Below, piece by piece: positions 23,701 through 35,685 of a stretch of DNA of 64,000 bases (position 1 is its first letter; every line of letters starts with the position of its first letter). The DNA comes from Mobula birostris (taxonomy: Eukaryota). A model generated the notes under the pieces. The model was not told where the DNA came from, made no database searches, and saw only the letters and a program-made list of their open reading frames with translations. Both the position numbers and the translations under genes were made by a program. The stretch spans positions 10,812,508 to 10,876,507 of the forward strand of contig NC_092388.1 in the NCBI RefSeq assembly GCF_030028105.1, written 5' to 3'.

Positions 23701-23886
23701 GTGTATGATTTTTACTTCTTTTCGGACCGCCAGTGATTACATTTATTTACCGTTTCATGTTTTTCAGTGACTTCTTCCGATCGAGATCCTGGGTCAAGCG
23801 TTGGTGAAGTTCCCTGCTCCTCTCGGCAACAGGGCGGTTATGAGTCGCAGTCATTGCGGAGAACCCCTTGACTGATCTCACAAACA

Positions 23887-24280
23887 GAATCAGAATCAGG
23901 TTTAATATCACTCGATTGTGCCGTGAAATGTGTTGTTTTGCTGTGGCAGCACATTGCAATACATGATAAAAATATAAATTACAATAACTTATATATACAG
24001 TAATGTATGTGTATTTGTTTGCATTATTTTCCCCTTTCTCCAATCTGTGTCTGTATATGTATATATATGTGTTAACTTAAATAAGTAGCGGAGAAAGAGA
24101 GAAAATAGACTGAGGTAGTGACAATTGATTAATTGTCCATTCAGAAACGTTGATTTTCGCCTCTTTGTTGGTAGTAATGAAAAGAGGGCATATCCTGGGC
24201 GAAAGGGGTTCTTAATGGTGGATGTCGCTTTTTTGAGCCATCGCCTTTTGAAGATATCCTGGATGCTGGTGAAGCATCAA
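23887..24280 (-). mobile_element. Rex1/Babar LINE 3' end, in the putative psi-HoxA14 intron 1
   Basis: Reverse tail AGAATCAGAATCAGGTTTAATATCACT and reverse 'GDIHH..PGYALF' coding end. Confidence 0.7.
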
Positions 24281-25039
24281 GACCTGAAAGTGGGCTGAAC
24301 ATGCACGGGTCAGGCAGGCTTTTTCATGGAGTTGCCACAGCTTTCTGAACTCGCTAGTCAATTTAAGACATATCCCGACAAACAGACACGGAAGATAGCC
24401 CAATACCATCAGTGCAGATAATAATTTACAACCCGCCTTTTGTTGGTATGATGGGGGTGCACAGTGAACAAGTGGGTACGACTTGTGATCAAACTTAGGA
24501 TATTTTCGATGAAATATTTACATCCTGAAGTTAACTCACAAAGATTTGGTCAACTGTCAATTAAGACATATAAGTCAAATAAAATCACCAGTGTAAAAAA
24601 TTGCAGAAATATATGTAGTATATAGTTTTAACTAAAATAATCCGCATTCCATTAGCTAGCGGGGGGAAATAGAAAATAAGTTTGGAGTCGTTACTTCTCC
24701 TTTAAATAACATTAAATAGCTTTTCGGCTTTAAATGGACTGTAATTCCCGATACAAAGTATCTCGTGTGAAAATAAAATTGAATTTTGGCATGGAAGATT
24801 TAATTTGGATGTTTATCCGAATATTACAGTTAAATGCGTTCTCCATACAGCAGAGAACCAACCGTGCTTGATATCAAGTTGATTGTCTCTTACATTTGAG
24901 GTTCATGAATTAGCAAAAAGAAATTATTCGGACTGAAAGCGACAGTAAAGAACAATAGTAAGAGATAATCACTTTACGATTACATCGTTTTTAAAAACAA
25001 TTTTACTGGGAAAGTGACGCAATGTCTCTTACTCCTCAG

Positions 25040-25170
25040 GAAATAACTTTCATACAGACTGTAGAAAGAAAAAATAATGCAATCGTTTTTCCAAGTTACC
25101 TCCATCTCCGAGACGTATAAAAGTCACTGAGGACATTCAGAGGCATTTATGAATGAGGACGTCTCGACGC
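25040..25170 (+). pseudogene. HoxA14: Candidate HoxA14 pseudogene, exon 2 (homeobox 5' part) remnant
   Basis: Acceptor TCTCTTACTCCTCAG| in phase 1, then AGA AAG AAA AAA TAA TGC AAT CGT TTT TCC AAG at 25063-25095. Every codon is identical to, or one substitution from, R-Q-R-K-K-R-I-P-Y-S-K, the Hox14 homeodomain start. A weaker VTEDIQ~LTPE(I/V)R match follows. Confidence 0.62.
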
Positions 25171-25469
25171 TTGTTTCGATGTGTTTATACAAATTGCCGA
25201 AGCCCGGCAGCGATAACATAGTTTGTGTGAATATGTCTCGCTACAACACAAGTTTCATAATCAACGACGAACTGCTTTGAAAGAAGTTTTCGTTTCGGAA
25301 TATATTTTGTTTACGATTGAATTGCACCTTAAGTGATAGCCCGATGGTGAATATATACTACATGGTGGTTCTCTGAGAATTAATGGCTTATTAAGGCGGA
25401 ACATACGCTTCAATTAAACTACATTCACTGTATCAAAATAAAAGGAGATGAGGAAATATCTGAAGAACA

Positions 25470-25560
25470 GACACCAAAATGCTGAAGGAACTCAACAGGT
25501 CAAGCAGCACTTATGGAAGGGAGTAAACAGTCGACATTTCGGGTCGAGACCCTTCACCAG
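25470..25560 (-). mobile_element. Penelope-associated terminal repeat with a degenerate hammerhead core
   Basis: Minus strand CTGGTGAAGGGTCTCGACCCGAAATGTC at 25533-25560. Confidence 0.6.
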
Positions 25561-26558
25561 AAATATCTGTACTGATTTTGCAGTCATACGTGTATAATAA
25601 TAACCAAAAATAAATATTAGATATTGACATTTAAAGAAATAACTCAAGGGTAAATAATTCCGGGACATAAAAAGCAGCCTTAAACATTGCTTACCAACAT
25701 CTACAGCAAATGAAGTTAAGAAAGATATAGTCACTCAGACTATTAAATTTATGCAATTGAGATACACACTGTAATAGAAACAATGTTAATACAACCATAC
25801 CAAATAAATAATAAGTGTCTTATTAAGGCCTGTGAAAATATGTTCACGTCCCAGAGTGCCGGCTTTAAGTTTAATTTAGCGTTACACTTAATAAAGTACG
25901 TAATGTTTATTTAACATAGTGTGGATATCAGTTACATTAAGTAATATTTAATATTTAAATATTGTTATTAAATATTGTTGTTTCCCTGTTTTCTCGTTGT
26001 TCTTATATATTTAATTCAACTGATATATAGGTCTTGTCTTATCGTCAATTTAAAAGAAATTTTAACTTTCTATAATCTTTAAATCATTAAGTTTATTATT
26101 GGAGTAGACTTACAGAGCGAATAGTTGTTTGCAGACATGTAAGAGCGAGATTCGGTACCTCAAAGTCACATAAACGTTGGTTGCATATGAACAGTATATA
26201 CATTGTATATATAAATATTTCCTCCTCCTGGAGATATACAAACTTAAATTTTGTCATATAAGTTTATAAACATTGAATTGTTGACGAAGTTTCTTATGTA
26301 AGAATAAATCATAACAATTAATAATAAACATAAGAGCCGAAATAGTTGAATCGAATGATTGAGTGTTATTTATTCACAGCTTGGAGCGATCAGTCATCTG
26401 AACCTGCCCACCCAGGAGCTCAGCATAGTTAGAAGAATCCGTATTATATTAAATACCAAAATGCAAAATTCGACAGTGGTTTCGAGAAAACCACCTTTCT
26501 AGATTGTGAAATTAAATTTGAAATGGTGCAGAGTTGGTGGTGATGCTGGTGTACGTGC

Positions 26559-26560
<2 letters not shown>

Positions 26561-26604
<44 letters not shown>
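26561..26604. repeat. (GT)n microsatellite
   Basis: Directly visible. Confidence 0.95.
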
Positions 26605-26606
<2 letters not shown>

Positions 26607-29600
26607 ACGCGCGTGCGCGCCCGTGAGTGTGTGTGGGGATGGGTTGTGGTTCGAGGGGTTAGCGGCGGTAATGGTGAGGTAATAAGAAAGAACATAAGAC
26701 TATTAAATAGGGGATGAAAATAGGTGGCGAAATATAACATTTCTTAACTAGCTCCAAATTGTAGCACGTTTAAAATGGGAATAATTTTTCACATTATGGA
26801 GCAAACCGGTTTTTGGATTCATCATGAGAAAGAGAAAAGGCTCGTTAGCCTCCAGCTAACTGGAACTAATTATGCAGCCATGAACTGCTGTGTTGAAATA
26901 GAGCAATCACACTGAAATTGTCCTTTTTATTTACTAATATTTCATGTAAGTTTACAACAAGCGTCCAGAAAGGAGAAATGGCATTGTATTTGGGTTTAGA
27001 GCTGAAAATATCCACAGATCTTTTTTGTGTTTTTTTCCTACAATAAAGATATGAATAGAAGACAAAGTATATTAAGAGGAAATTTCCAAATAGAAAAACC
27101 CATGTGAGTTGTGCGTGCCAAGTTATAAGCTGAAATAAAATCTTCTTTGTTAGAATATATTTACCAAGAAATGGGGATTTGATTATTACAAAATTGCATC
27201 TTTTGATTAAAGTTAATTTGCTTTTAAATATGCCGGTGATAATCACATGTCAATAGGTCCACGAATGGCCGTTATGAAGTAACGGATATGCATTTTGTTT
27301 TCTCCAAATGTTTACACACTTAACATGTGAATAAGGTCATACCTAATGGCAAATGCAAACTGTGGCCCCACATGTGTGAAGAATCATATACAATATATGC
27401 TAAAATTCAATATAGCTATTCATTCCTTATCTGGATTTGTCAATGTAGATGAGTTCCGTCTTGCTCTGAACACTGGAAAACCCAACTCGTTTCAAACACA
27501 TGCTCGATGCATGATAGTGGCCAATGTAACACAATTCATATTTAAATTTTTACCATGTTATTCTACTATAAGCTTGACAACCGAACTAATACAAACATCA
27601 TTGATTCTATGCCTCTCGCGAATAACAATGATTTTCCAATGATAAGTAAAACATTTGAGAAGTCAATCTTCGCCGCATACTTCATAAATAATGGGTGAAG
27701 GTGCTGATATCGACAAGGATTAAGTGATGAAAGAACAGTCATGCTCTATCAGTAATGTCCACGTATTTATTGATATGAATGTTATATCGCAGACTGAGCA
27801 AGTTCATGACTAATTAATCCGTTCATGGACAACAAAACAGATTAATCACTTTGATTGATCTCAGTCAGGCTACCGGATAATATTTCAGAAAAGAAATATG
27901 AAGCGCTTGGCTTTTTTTTAATTGGTAGAGATCCTCTGTTGAGTAAATATCCGCAAAATATATACCGTATAGGATTCATAATAATTGAAACAACTGCAAT
28001 TTAATTGATTTAGGAAAATGACATAAAGACCCAGGTGATAAATAGCACAGGCACAGTGGAGTAACGTAATATATATTTTTAGAAGTTTTAAACATTGCCT
28101 TTTTTAAACAATAGTACTAGAAGATACCTTTAGTAGCATAGAATAAAGGATTGTGGTTATTGAATTATAACTAACATGATTTATTCTATGACTTTTGTGA
28201 TAGAAAATCAAAAATCAAATTGTCACCTATTTAACAACTCTTAAATTGACAGGTCTTATTAGTAAATTTTCACTGAAGAAATACAAGATGTGCCATGCAT
28301 ATTGTGATTATCTTTTTAAACGCAGTCCCTAGAGGAATTGAGTATTATTTCCCCTTTAAGGATATTTACCTGGCATTAGTCCTAAAGGAAATTAAGCAGC
28401 AATTTTGAGAGCACGTGCCCCTTTTGACCTCAACATTTTCCAAAAGGAATTGGAGAAAGATTTGAATTAAATAGAGAGTATATGAGCTACAACTCACAGT
28501 GTGGTCTAAGAATATTTTTATGACATGATACAAATATTTTTATTCTGTGGTTCTGAGGTGACTTCAAATATAGGGAAAATCTAGTTCTAACAGTAACGCC
28601 ATTCTGTATCCACGTAAATGCCCTTTTAGTAGATAAATAGGTGAATATGTGGAACAGATACTTCCAAAGTCCTCTTGCTTCAGAGGATTATGTCAGACAA
28701 GTGGTCGTAGATGTTTGACTAGAGCAATTTGTAGATTACATTCAGAATTTTTTTAAAAGTGGAAATCAAAACTAACCTCTCCTGGATCAAGCACACATTT
28801 TTTATAAGTTGAAAATGGGAAGTCTATATAACGTGAACCCCCTCCAAAATTTGTAAAGAATACCCGTAGGTGAAGTATAAAGCGATTCATCATACCAGTA
28901 TTGACATCGGAAAAACATTTTTGACGTGTTTTTTTTAATCGACTTATTAACCAATGCGTTCTACATTCACACAAATTGGTTACTGCTGTGTCCTTGCGAG
29001 GATTTGGTATTCGGGCACATATTATAGCAATTATTCATAACATCATCCCGAAAGGGCAAAGCTAAAAGCTCCGGGCTGACAACGCAGAGGAAATAACGAG
29101 ATCGAATGCTTATGTGTGGGTGCATTGCAGCATCATTGAAAGCAGAATTAGTAGGTAATATTCTAAAAAAAATGCATTTTTACTTTGCAAAGTTCTAACA
29201 ATAACTACTACAATTCGTGAGCAATTCCGGCATAACGGCAGGGTTACCTCCCAGGCACACATGCATCTTAGTCACAGTTACCTCCTAGGCATGTAGTTGC
29301 TGCACTTTATCAGGGGGAAAAAAAGCTTTCCATTGGTGATGTACGGATCCAAAAGTAGTTTGAAACCTTGCCTGGAGATAGCTCCTGGCACGGAAAGATG
29401 GCCCTCATTACTTGACGCAGTATTCATCGTGGTAGTTCGGCGTGTTCAAAATGCCCCCATCTTTCCAAGTAACATTAACTTGGCTGTGGTACACTCTGTT
29501 CAAAGCAAGAGGTTTCCTAAACAGTGCATTTAAACCGGATGCAATGCTGTCTAATTTGCAAAGTGACTGCATCTATTTCACATCCTATGCCAACAATGCA

Positions 29601-29739
29601 GAAACAGCCTGGAAATGAAGACGGTACGGTCAGTGGAATTTTTTTTACATTTGGAGGGTTGTGAGCGAAAACAAAAGAAAACAAATAAAATGACAATGAA
29701 AAAGTCAATTCTCACGGCTTGTCTTTATAAGAATTCAGA

Positions 29740-29880
29740 CAAGGTCGTCAACGCGTGAATGACAGCACTCACATTGGCTAGACTGCAACTTTCAACTTGA
29801 CCTTGGCCTTTGGCCGTGTCTAACCCCTATGTAAAAGAGCTGCCCATTTGGTCGCTGCCATTTTGTAGTGTAATCTGCAG
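29740..29880. promoter_or_regulatory. Probable conserved non-coding element upstream of HoxA13
   Basis: Dense motif block: reverse CCAAT (ATTGG), TCAACTTGACCTTGG nuclear-receptor DR0-like site at 29792-29806, YY1-type GCTGCCATTTT at 29854-29864. Confidence 0.5.
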
Positions 29881-32699
29881 TGTACCGTTTGAATATGCTG
29901 TAGATTGTATTTATATCGAGCCCATTCCTTAACATAACACTCTTTCAAAGCGGAAGGCACTGGTGGTCCAGCCTACCCTAAAGTGCGCAGACTAATGCTT
30001 GCTTCAATTCAAAATGTATTTTTGGGGGAGGGGCGGTCGTCTCTGCATTAAATAATGTTCTTTTTTTTAAAAAAAAGGTCGCTGTATCAAGCTGTTGTTC
30101 AAATGAGTTCAGATCGAAGGATATTCCAAAATAGTGCAGTCTCAGCCCATTTTGCCCATTACCTGATAAATGGGTACAGTATTTATATGGGACAAATCTA
30201 CAAACTTAAACGTGAATCTGTCAATTCCGTGAATCTTCTGTGAATCTGTGAATTCTGTGAATCTGCTGAGATTACGTGAGCACATAAAGCGTTATTAAGG
30301 ATTAATTTGGAATATTTACGGGATAAATTGTGCTGTTTCAAAATATTGCATGATCAGAACAAATTCTGGTAAGGCCGTTGGTTATAATGCTGGGGAAAAT
30401 TAAGCTACATTAAATGTTGATACTAATAAGATTGACCAACTAATAATTATGGGAAGAAGCGAATCTTTGTCTATCAGTGACAGATACACTGGGGCACCAA
30501 TCATCTTATCACGTAATTATCACTGGAGTGCAAACTAAACGAGCTCCCACCGTGTGAACTGATGATAGATTTGAAAGAATAATCTCACAAAATCTATTCA
30601 GAATTTCCCAATTTAGCCTGTCTATATTTTACTACGGCATTATGTGTTTTAAACTCATCTCAATACATTTTGCATTGTAACCTGGAAAACGTTGTATACT
30701 CGGATTTCAAAAGGAAAGGTGATGTAGAATATCTCTATATACAGCGGAGAGACTATTTTAATTACACTATTTCAAGGCACGGAAGTCGACGGATAGGGAT
30801 TATATCCAATTTAATTGGAACAATAGCCTTTATTTTACTAACAATGGTCTGCATCAGTGAAGATTCGGCGTCTTTAAATCGTTTAGCTTCCCATTACTTA
30901 CATTTTTAAAATAAGATTAAAAGGACACTATTTAACGACTTGTTTATAGTGATTGCCCGATCCCAATATCAGAAGAGCGGCAGAAAGAAAGTCTGAAAAT
31001 GGAAAGAGAATATAAGGCAGGAAAGAAGTAGATAGCGTGGGGAAGGGGAAGGTGGAAATTATAAAGAATAAAAGGCATTGCAATAGTAAAGTGATTGTTC
31101 AGTGCAGCTACATCACTTCAGTCTTCAGCTAAAGGAATAAGACCAACTGCTGACTGAAAGAGGATTGACGACTTCGCTTATGATGTGAGTTAGACTCCAC
31201 TTACCACAAGGTCCCATGTACAAAGTAAATGACTAGAATTGAATTAACATCGTCCTTCCTGACGACTCAGTGCTGCCGAACAGTTCTGGATCCTTTCCCC
31301 CTCTTTATTTCACCAGCTATTCTTTTCCATCATGTGATATCTGCGTTTAGCTGGACGTTTTATGGCCATGCTTTCCACCAAATTTCACCGAGTTAATTCT
31401 AAATACCGCAATAATGTAGTTGAATCCATCAAATAAGGCTTTTAGCATCGCATTAGATATTATAAAATAAATTATAGTTATAGATTTTAGTACATTCAAC
31501 CATGTGGCAGATATTATTAAATAATTCACAATTCTATCGCTTTTCCGTCTACTTACATGTGCCAGTTGCCCATAAAACACATTTACTGATATTTTAATGC
31601 GAAATCCAGTTCCGTGAACGCTGCTCCTACTCAGTGAATGCACATTTAGCAGCCAGCAAGTTACCAGGAAGCGACTGCATTAGCGGGGGAAGAAATTAAA
31701 CCTGACATTTGTTTAAAAACTTCAGGAATCGCGGCTGGCAAAAAGCAGGAAAAGAATTAGTCAATATTCTTATCTGGCTTATAAATGTCCTTTGATATTA
31801 ATATATTTTAAGCTGGATAGGAATTTCACGACTAACGTTACAGGTAAATATATTAGTTGTCCGGTGCGGATGGAAAATCAGTAAAATGAATTCAGTTTCC
31901 GAATTGCTTGTGATTGATTCCAACACACGCCGTTCTGGTATATATGCTATTTACAAATATGACATCGCGAGTGAATAGATGTTTTTTTTTAAATAATTAT
32001 CACTTTTTATCAAACATTCACACCGGAATAATTTTGGACTTTTCTTCGGCATTATTACCATTTGGTTTAACGAGTTATGTCATGAAGCAATATAAAGGTC
32101 ATACAGATGTTTCCTTTTCACTATAAATTGCAGCTACTACCGATTTCTTCAAGCGTTATTTTCCTGTTAGCTGAGAACAGTGATTCGATTTGTATATTAT
32201 AAGGTAAAGTGCTAACCCATCCTAACAAAATGCTATGCTCAACCGGCAGCGGCCTTGACAAAAATACTACAGTGTAATCGGTAGGAGATACATATGATAA
32301 TAAGGATGAACCGTAATTTCATCTACCGGACAGTAAACCAAACGCTTGGCACGATAGTCAAGAATATACACAGATAATAGGTATTTAAAATCCTTTACGT
32401 CGTAAACCCCATTAAATGAGAATTATTTATTTCGTGCAAAACAAAAGCAACAGATTTAACGTCGAGCACTTTTGTGTTTATGCAAAATATTGTTTTTTAT
32501 TAGAATGGCCAAGTTTTTTTCATGTAAATCCACCTCTATAATTTACATAAACATGGTGTATTTTGTGCAGCGATGGTGTTTTTACATTTTGATACATGCG
32601 TTTTATTTCAATTACTCGTTCACGTAAATATCTAAACGTTACTTTATTAGACTAATGGAACATCTACCTTTTTTATTCTTCAGATGTTTATCATGTACT

Positions 32700-32848
32700 T
32701 TGCATATCACGTGGGCAACTCGCAGCCAATAAGGAGGCAGGTTTCAGCGACATTGGCGCGTCAACGCTGCTAAGTCTGAGAGGTTCAGTATCTCTTTTCA
32801 GTCTTGGGGGCTTTTAAAACGGCCACTAGTCTCAATGTAGGACGTGAT
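32700..32848 (+). promoter_or_regulatory. HoxA13 proximal promoter/5'UTR
   Basis: E-box CACGTG at 32708-32713, CCAAT at 32726-32730 and TTTTAAAAC at ~32812, just before the ATG. Confidence 0.6.
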
Positions 32849-33497
32849 ATGACAACGCCACTGATACTTCATCCTCGCTGGATCGACACGGTGATGTTCG
32901 TCTACGACAATAATTTGGATGAAATTAATAAAAACATGGATGGATTTTCAGGAGGGAACTTCACAGCAAATCAATGCAGGAATCTGATGGCCCATCCAGC
33001 ATCCTTAGCCCCCAGTTCTGCCTACTCGTCGACTGAAGTACCAGCCTCTGGCATTGTTGAACCTGTCAAACAGTGTAGTCCTTGTCCTGCAGCTCAAACT
33101 TCCTCCAGTGCGTCTCTTCCTTATGGATACTTTGGGAGCAGTTACTATCCCTGCCGAATGAGCCACCACAGCAACATTAAGTCCTGCGCGCAGCCCTCCA
33201 GCTTGTCTGGTTATCCTGCTGACAAATACATGGACACGTCCGCCGGCGAGGAATTCACCAGCCGAGCTAAAGAGTTTGCTTTCTACCAAGGTTACGCGGG
33301 ACCATACCAACCAATGCCCAGCTATCTGGACGTACCTGTGGTCCCCACTATCAGCGCTCCGGGAGAACCGCGACACGAAACGTTATTGCCCATGGAGAGC
33401 TACCAGCCCTGGGCAATCACCAACGGGTGGAACGGGCAAGTCTGCTGTGCGAAAGAGCAACCTCAAGCCACCCACCTCTGGAAGTCGAGTCTGCCAG
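32849..33497 (+). CDS. HOXA13: Homeobox protein Hox-A13, exon 1
   Basis: [60 protein letters not shown]; phase-1 donor G|GTAAAT at 33498. Confidence 0.97.
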
Positions 33498-33896
33498 GTA
33501 AATATTGATAGAACTTAACACGCTGCCCATAATCGAACCCCGTCCAATGAAGGGGGAAAACGATCTGTCTGACGTGCAAATACGTACGGGTAACGGAATA
33601 ACATAGAAATAGACCATAACTAAGAAATGATATTCGCAGTGCCATCAGCACTTGTATTTTAATGTGGTGCCTGAATACGTCTTTGCATGTTTTTAATCAT
33701 TTCTTCGGCCTTTGCACAGATTACAATTATATCTCCGGGCGTGCCATTTAATTTATTAAATGCAGTCCCAGTAGCATCTCCGTGCAGTGATGTTGAACTT
33801 GACTCCAGCGACACGATCTGCTTTGAAACTTTGGTTTATTTGACGTCGACAGCTAAGCTGCCAGAGGTGGTAAAGATGTGCATTTCTCTTCCACAG

Positions 33897-34141
33897 ACGT
33901 CGTATCGCATCCTTCGGACCCCAGCTCTTTCCGACGTGGAAGAAAGAAGAGGGTGCCTTACACCAAGGTGCAATTGAAAGAACTTGAACGGGAATATGCT
34001 ACCAATAAATTCATCACCAAGGACAAGCGAAGGAGGATATCGGCATCAACAAACCTCTCGGAAAGACAAGTCACGATTTGGTTTCAAAACAGACGAGTTA
34101 AGGAAAAAAAAGTTCTCAGCAAACTGAAAAGTAACAGCTAG
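33897..34141 (+). CDS. HOXA13: Homeobox protein Hox-A13, exon 2 (297 aa spliced)
   Basis: Acceptor TTCCACAG|; [72 protein letters not shown]; stop TAG. Confidence 0.97.
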
Positions 34142-35668
34142 TGCGACAATTCCAAAAATTCTTGGACATATTTTGAAAATTTTAAAACAATTCAGCCTGA
34201 AGAAAAAGAAACCATCTCAGCTCACTTTCTTGATGGTAGATTTCTTTTCTGTTTTTCGGCCTGAATATTACTTTTCTCAAAACATCCCACAAAGTTCAAG
34301 AGAGACAGTGTACAAAAATATCATGTTAAAATAATTTAATATTCGCCAGAAATAAATCAAACCTCTTAATCAGGAATCGAGAGGGTTGCTGTTTTCAAAT
34401 GTGGGAAACGTTGTATGCATATAGACTGAAACACTCAGAAAGAATAAGCGTAAAACCTTGTTCCACACAGTTCCTTCGCAAAATGCCATCAGAGCACCTA
34501 AAGAAAACTTGCTGAAAAGGTTTAGTTATTAAAAAAAAAGCTACTAGAGTGCATGTTATTTTTATCCTCAGGTAAGCCATGGGATATATCGTGAAAATGT
34601 ATAATAAAAGTATGTTTAAGCACTACGTTTTCTTTGGAAGGGATGCGCTGTCTCTTAAGATATTAATGTATAGGTAGATGGAAGAATATATTCTAAATAG
34701 GAATGCATATGGGAATGTGAATGCATACAATTCCAGCACTCTACGTTTCTAATAATGTACATACCTAAGAGCACCGTTGGCTTTCGTAATAATAAGTGTA
34801 GAGCGTCATTTTCCACAGAGCTGAAAGACAAATTTTGCAAACTTGGAAATGAACTAAATATGAAGCTTTTTAAAAATAAGTCTGCTAGTTATAATACACA
34901 TCTCACGTCGCATTAATCTCTATGCAGGCTTAAGGCGCACAGCTTTCTTCCTAAAGATGACAACGTTCGCGTGCAATTGTATTTAAAAAAAAATTGTTGG
35001 ATTGTTATATCTGCATGCTCCCCTCTTGCTTGGTATATATAAACCAATTATAGTTGCAACGTTAAATCACGAATGATAATCATGAAATTAAGATATGTTT
35101 TACATTACTATTATGCAGCTTTTAATCTGTATAGCCTATTGTCTTTTAATCATCTACTGAATTACTTGCATTAAAACAAATTATTTCACGAATAAAAGGT
35201 CTTCATAAACTACAGCGTTGCATAGTTTTTGTTAAGAAACTTCTAAGACAAAAAAAAAGTCGAAGTGGCTAATTAGATTTCTTCCTGTTGCGAAGCAAGT
35301 TACTCAAAATGCGTGGAAACCATGCGTGCATTCTGAGAACTAACCGACGAATTTACTATTCGGTAAATATATCCAACCATTCTATTTTTAAATGGAAGAA
35401 TGTCACCGCCAGATAAAGATTCAAGATTTTGATGGAAGCTGTAGACTGGACCTCTAAATTTGTATCGATATATACCAAAAGTTTGGGAACATTAAGTAAC
35501 TCTTTCCATATTCTGGGTAAAAATATATGCTCCCTTTGCTTTGTACGTGGAGGCAGGGCGATGGGGGTGGGGGAGGCGGCTTAAACCTTGACCTTGACGA
35601 AAACAGATAGTCTTTGACCTTGACGATTAACAGCTCATGAATAGTCATGAGGTGCATATGTAGAGCAA

Positions 35669-35685
35669 GTGCGCCATCTACTGTT
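35669..35685 (-). promoter_or_regulatory. CTCF motif between HoxA13 and HoxA11
   Basis: Minus strand AACAGTAGATGGCGCAC, one mismatch to CCASYAGRKGGCRS. Confidence 0.55.

Noticed and set aside
27880-27910. FQKRNMKR as a homeobox helix-3 remnant
   Set aside because: Lacks the invariant W and the Hox14-specific QRQ; easily arises in A-rich DNA.
30055-30243. ORF with KKRSLY..DRRIFQN resembling homeodomain pieces
   Set aside because: Spacing is incompatible with a homeodomain, and the lysines come from a poly-A run.
30211-30265. Short (TGTGAATC)-like tandem repeat
   Set aside because: Low-complexity slippage repeat with no evidence of function.
26000-32700. HOTTIP-like lncRNA gene
   Set aside because: The position fits, but no transcript structure can be supported from sequence alone.
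32804-32848. TTG-initiated extension of HoxA13 in the ORF track
   Set aside because: Artefact of alternative start-codon rules; the conserved start is MTT at 32849.
33005-33376. Antisense and alternative-frame ORFs over Hox exons (also 45863-46391 and 59096-59537)
   Set aside because: Expected shadows of GC-richer coding exons, with no independent coding signal.
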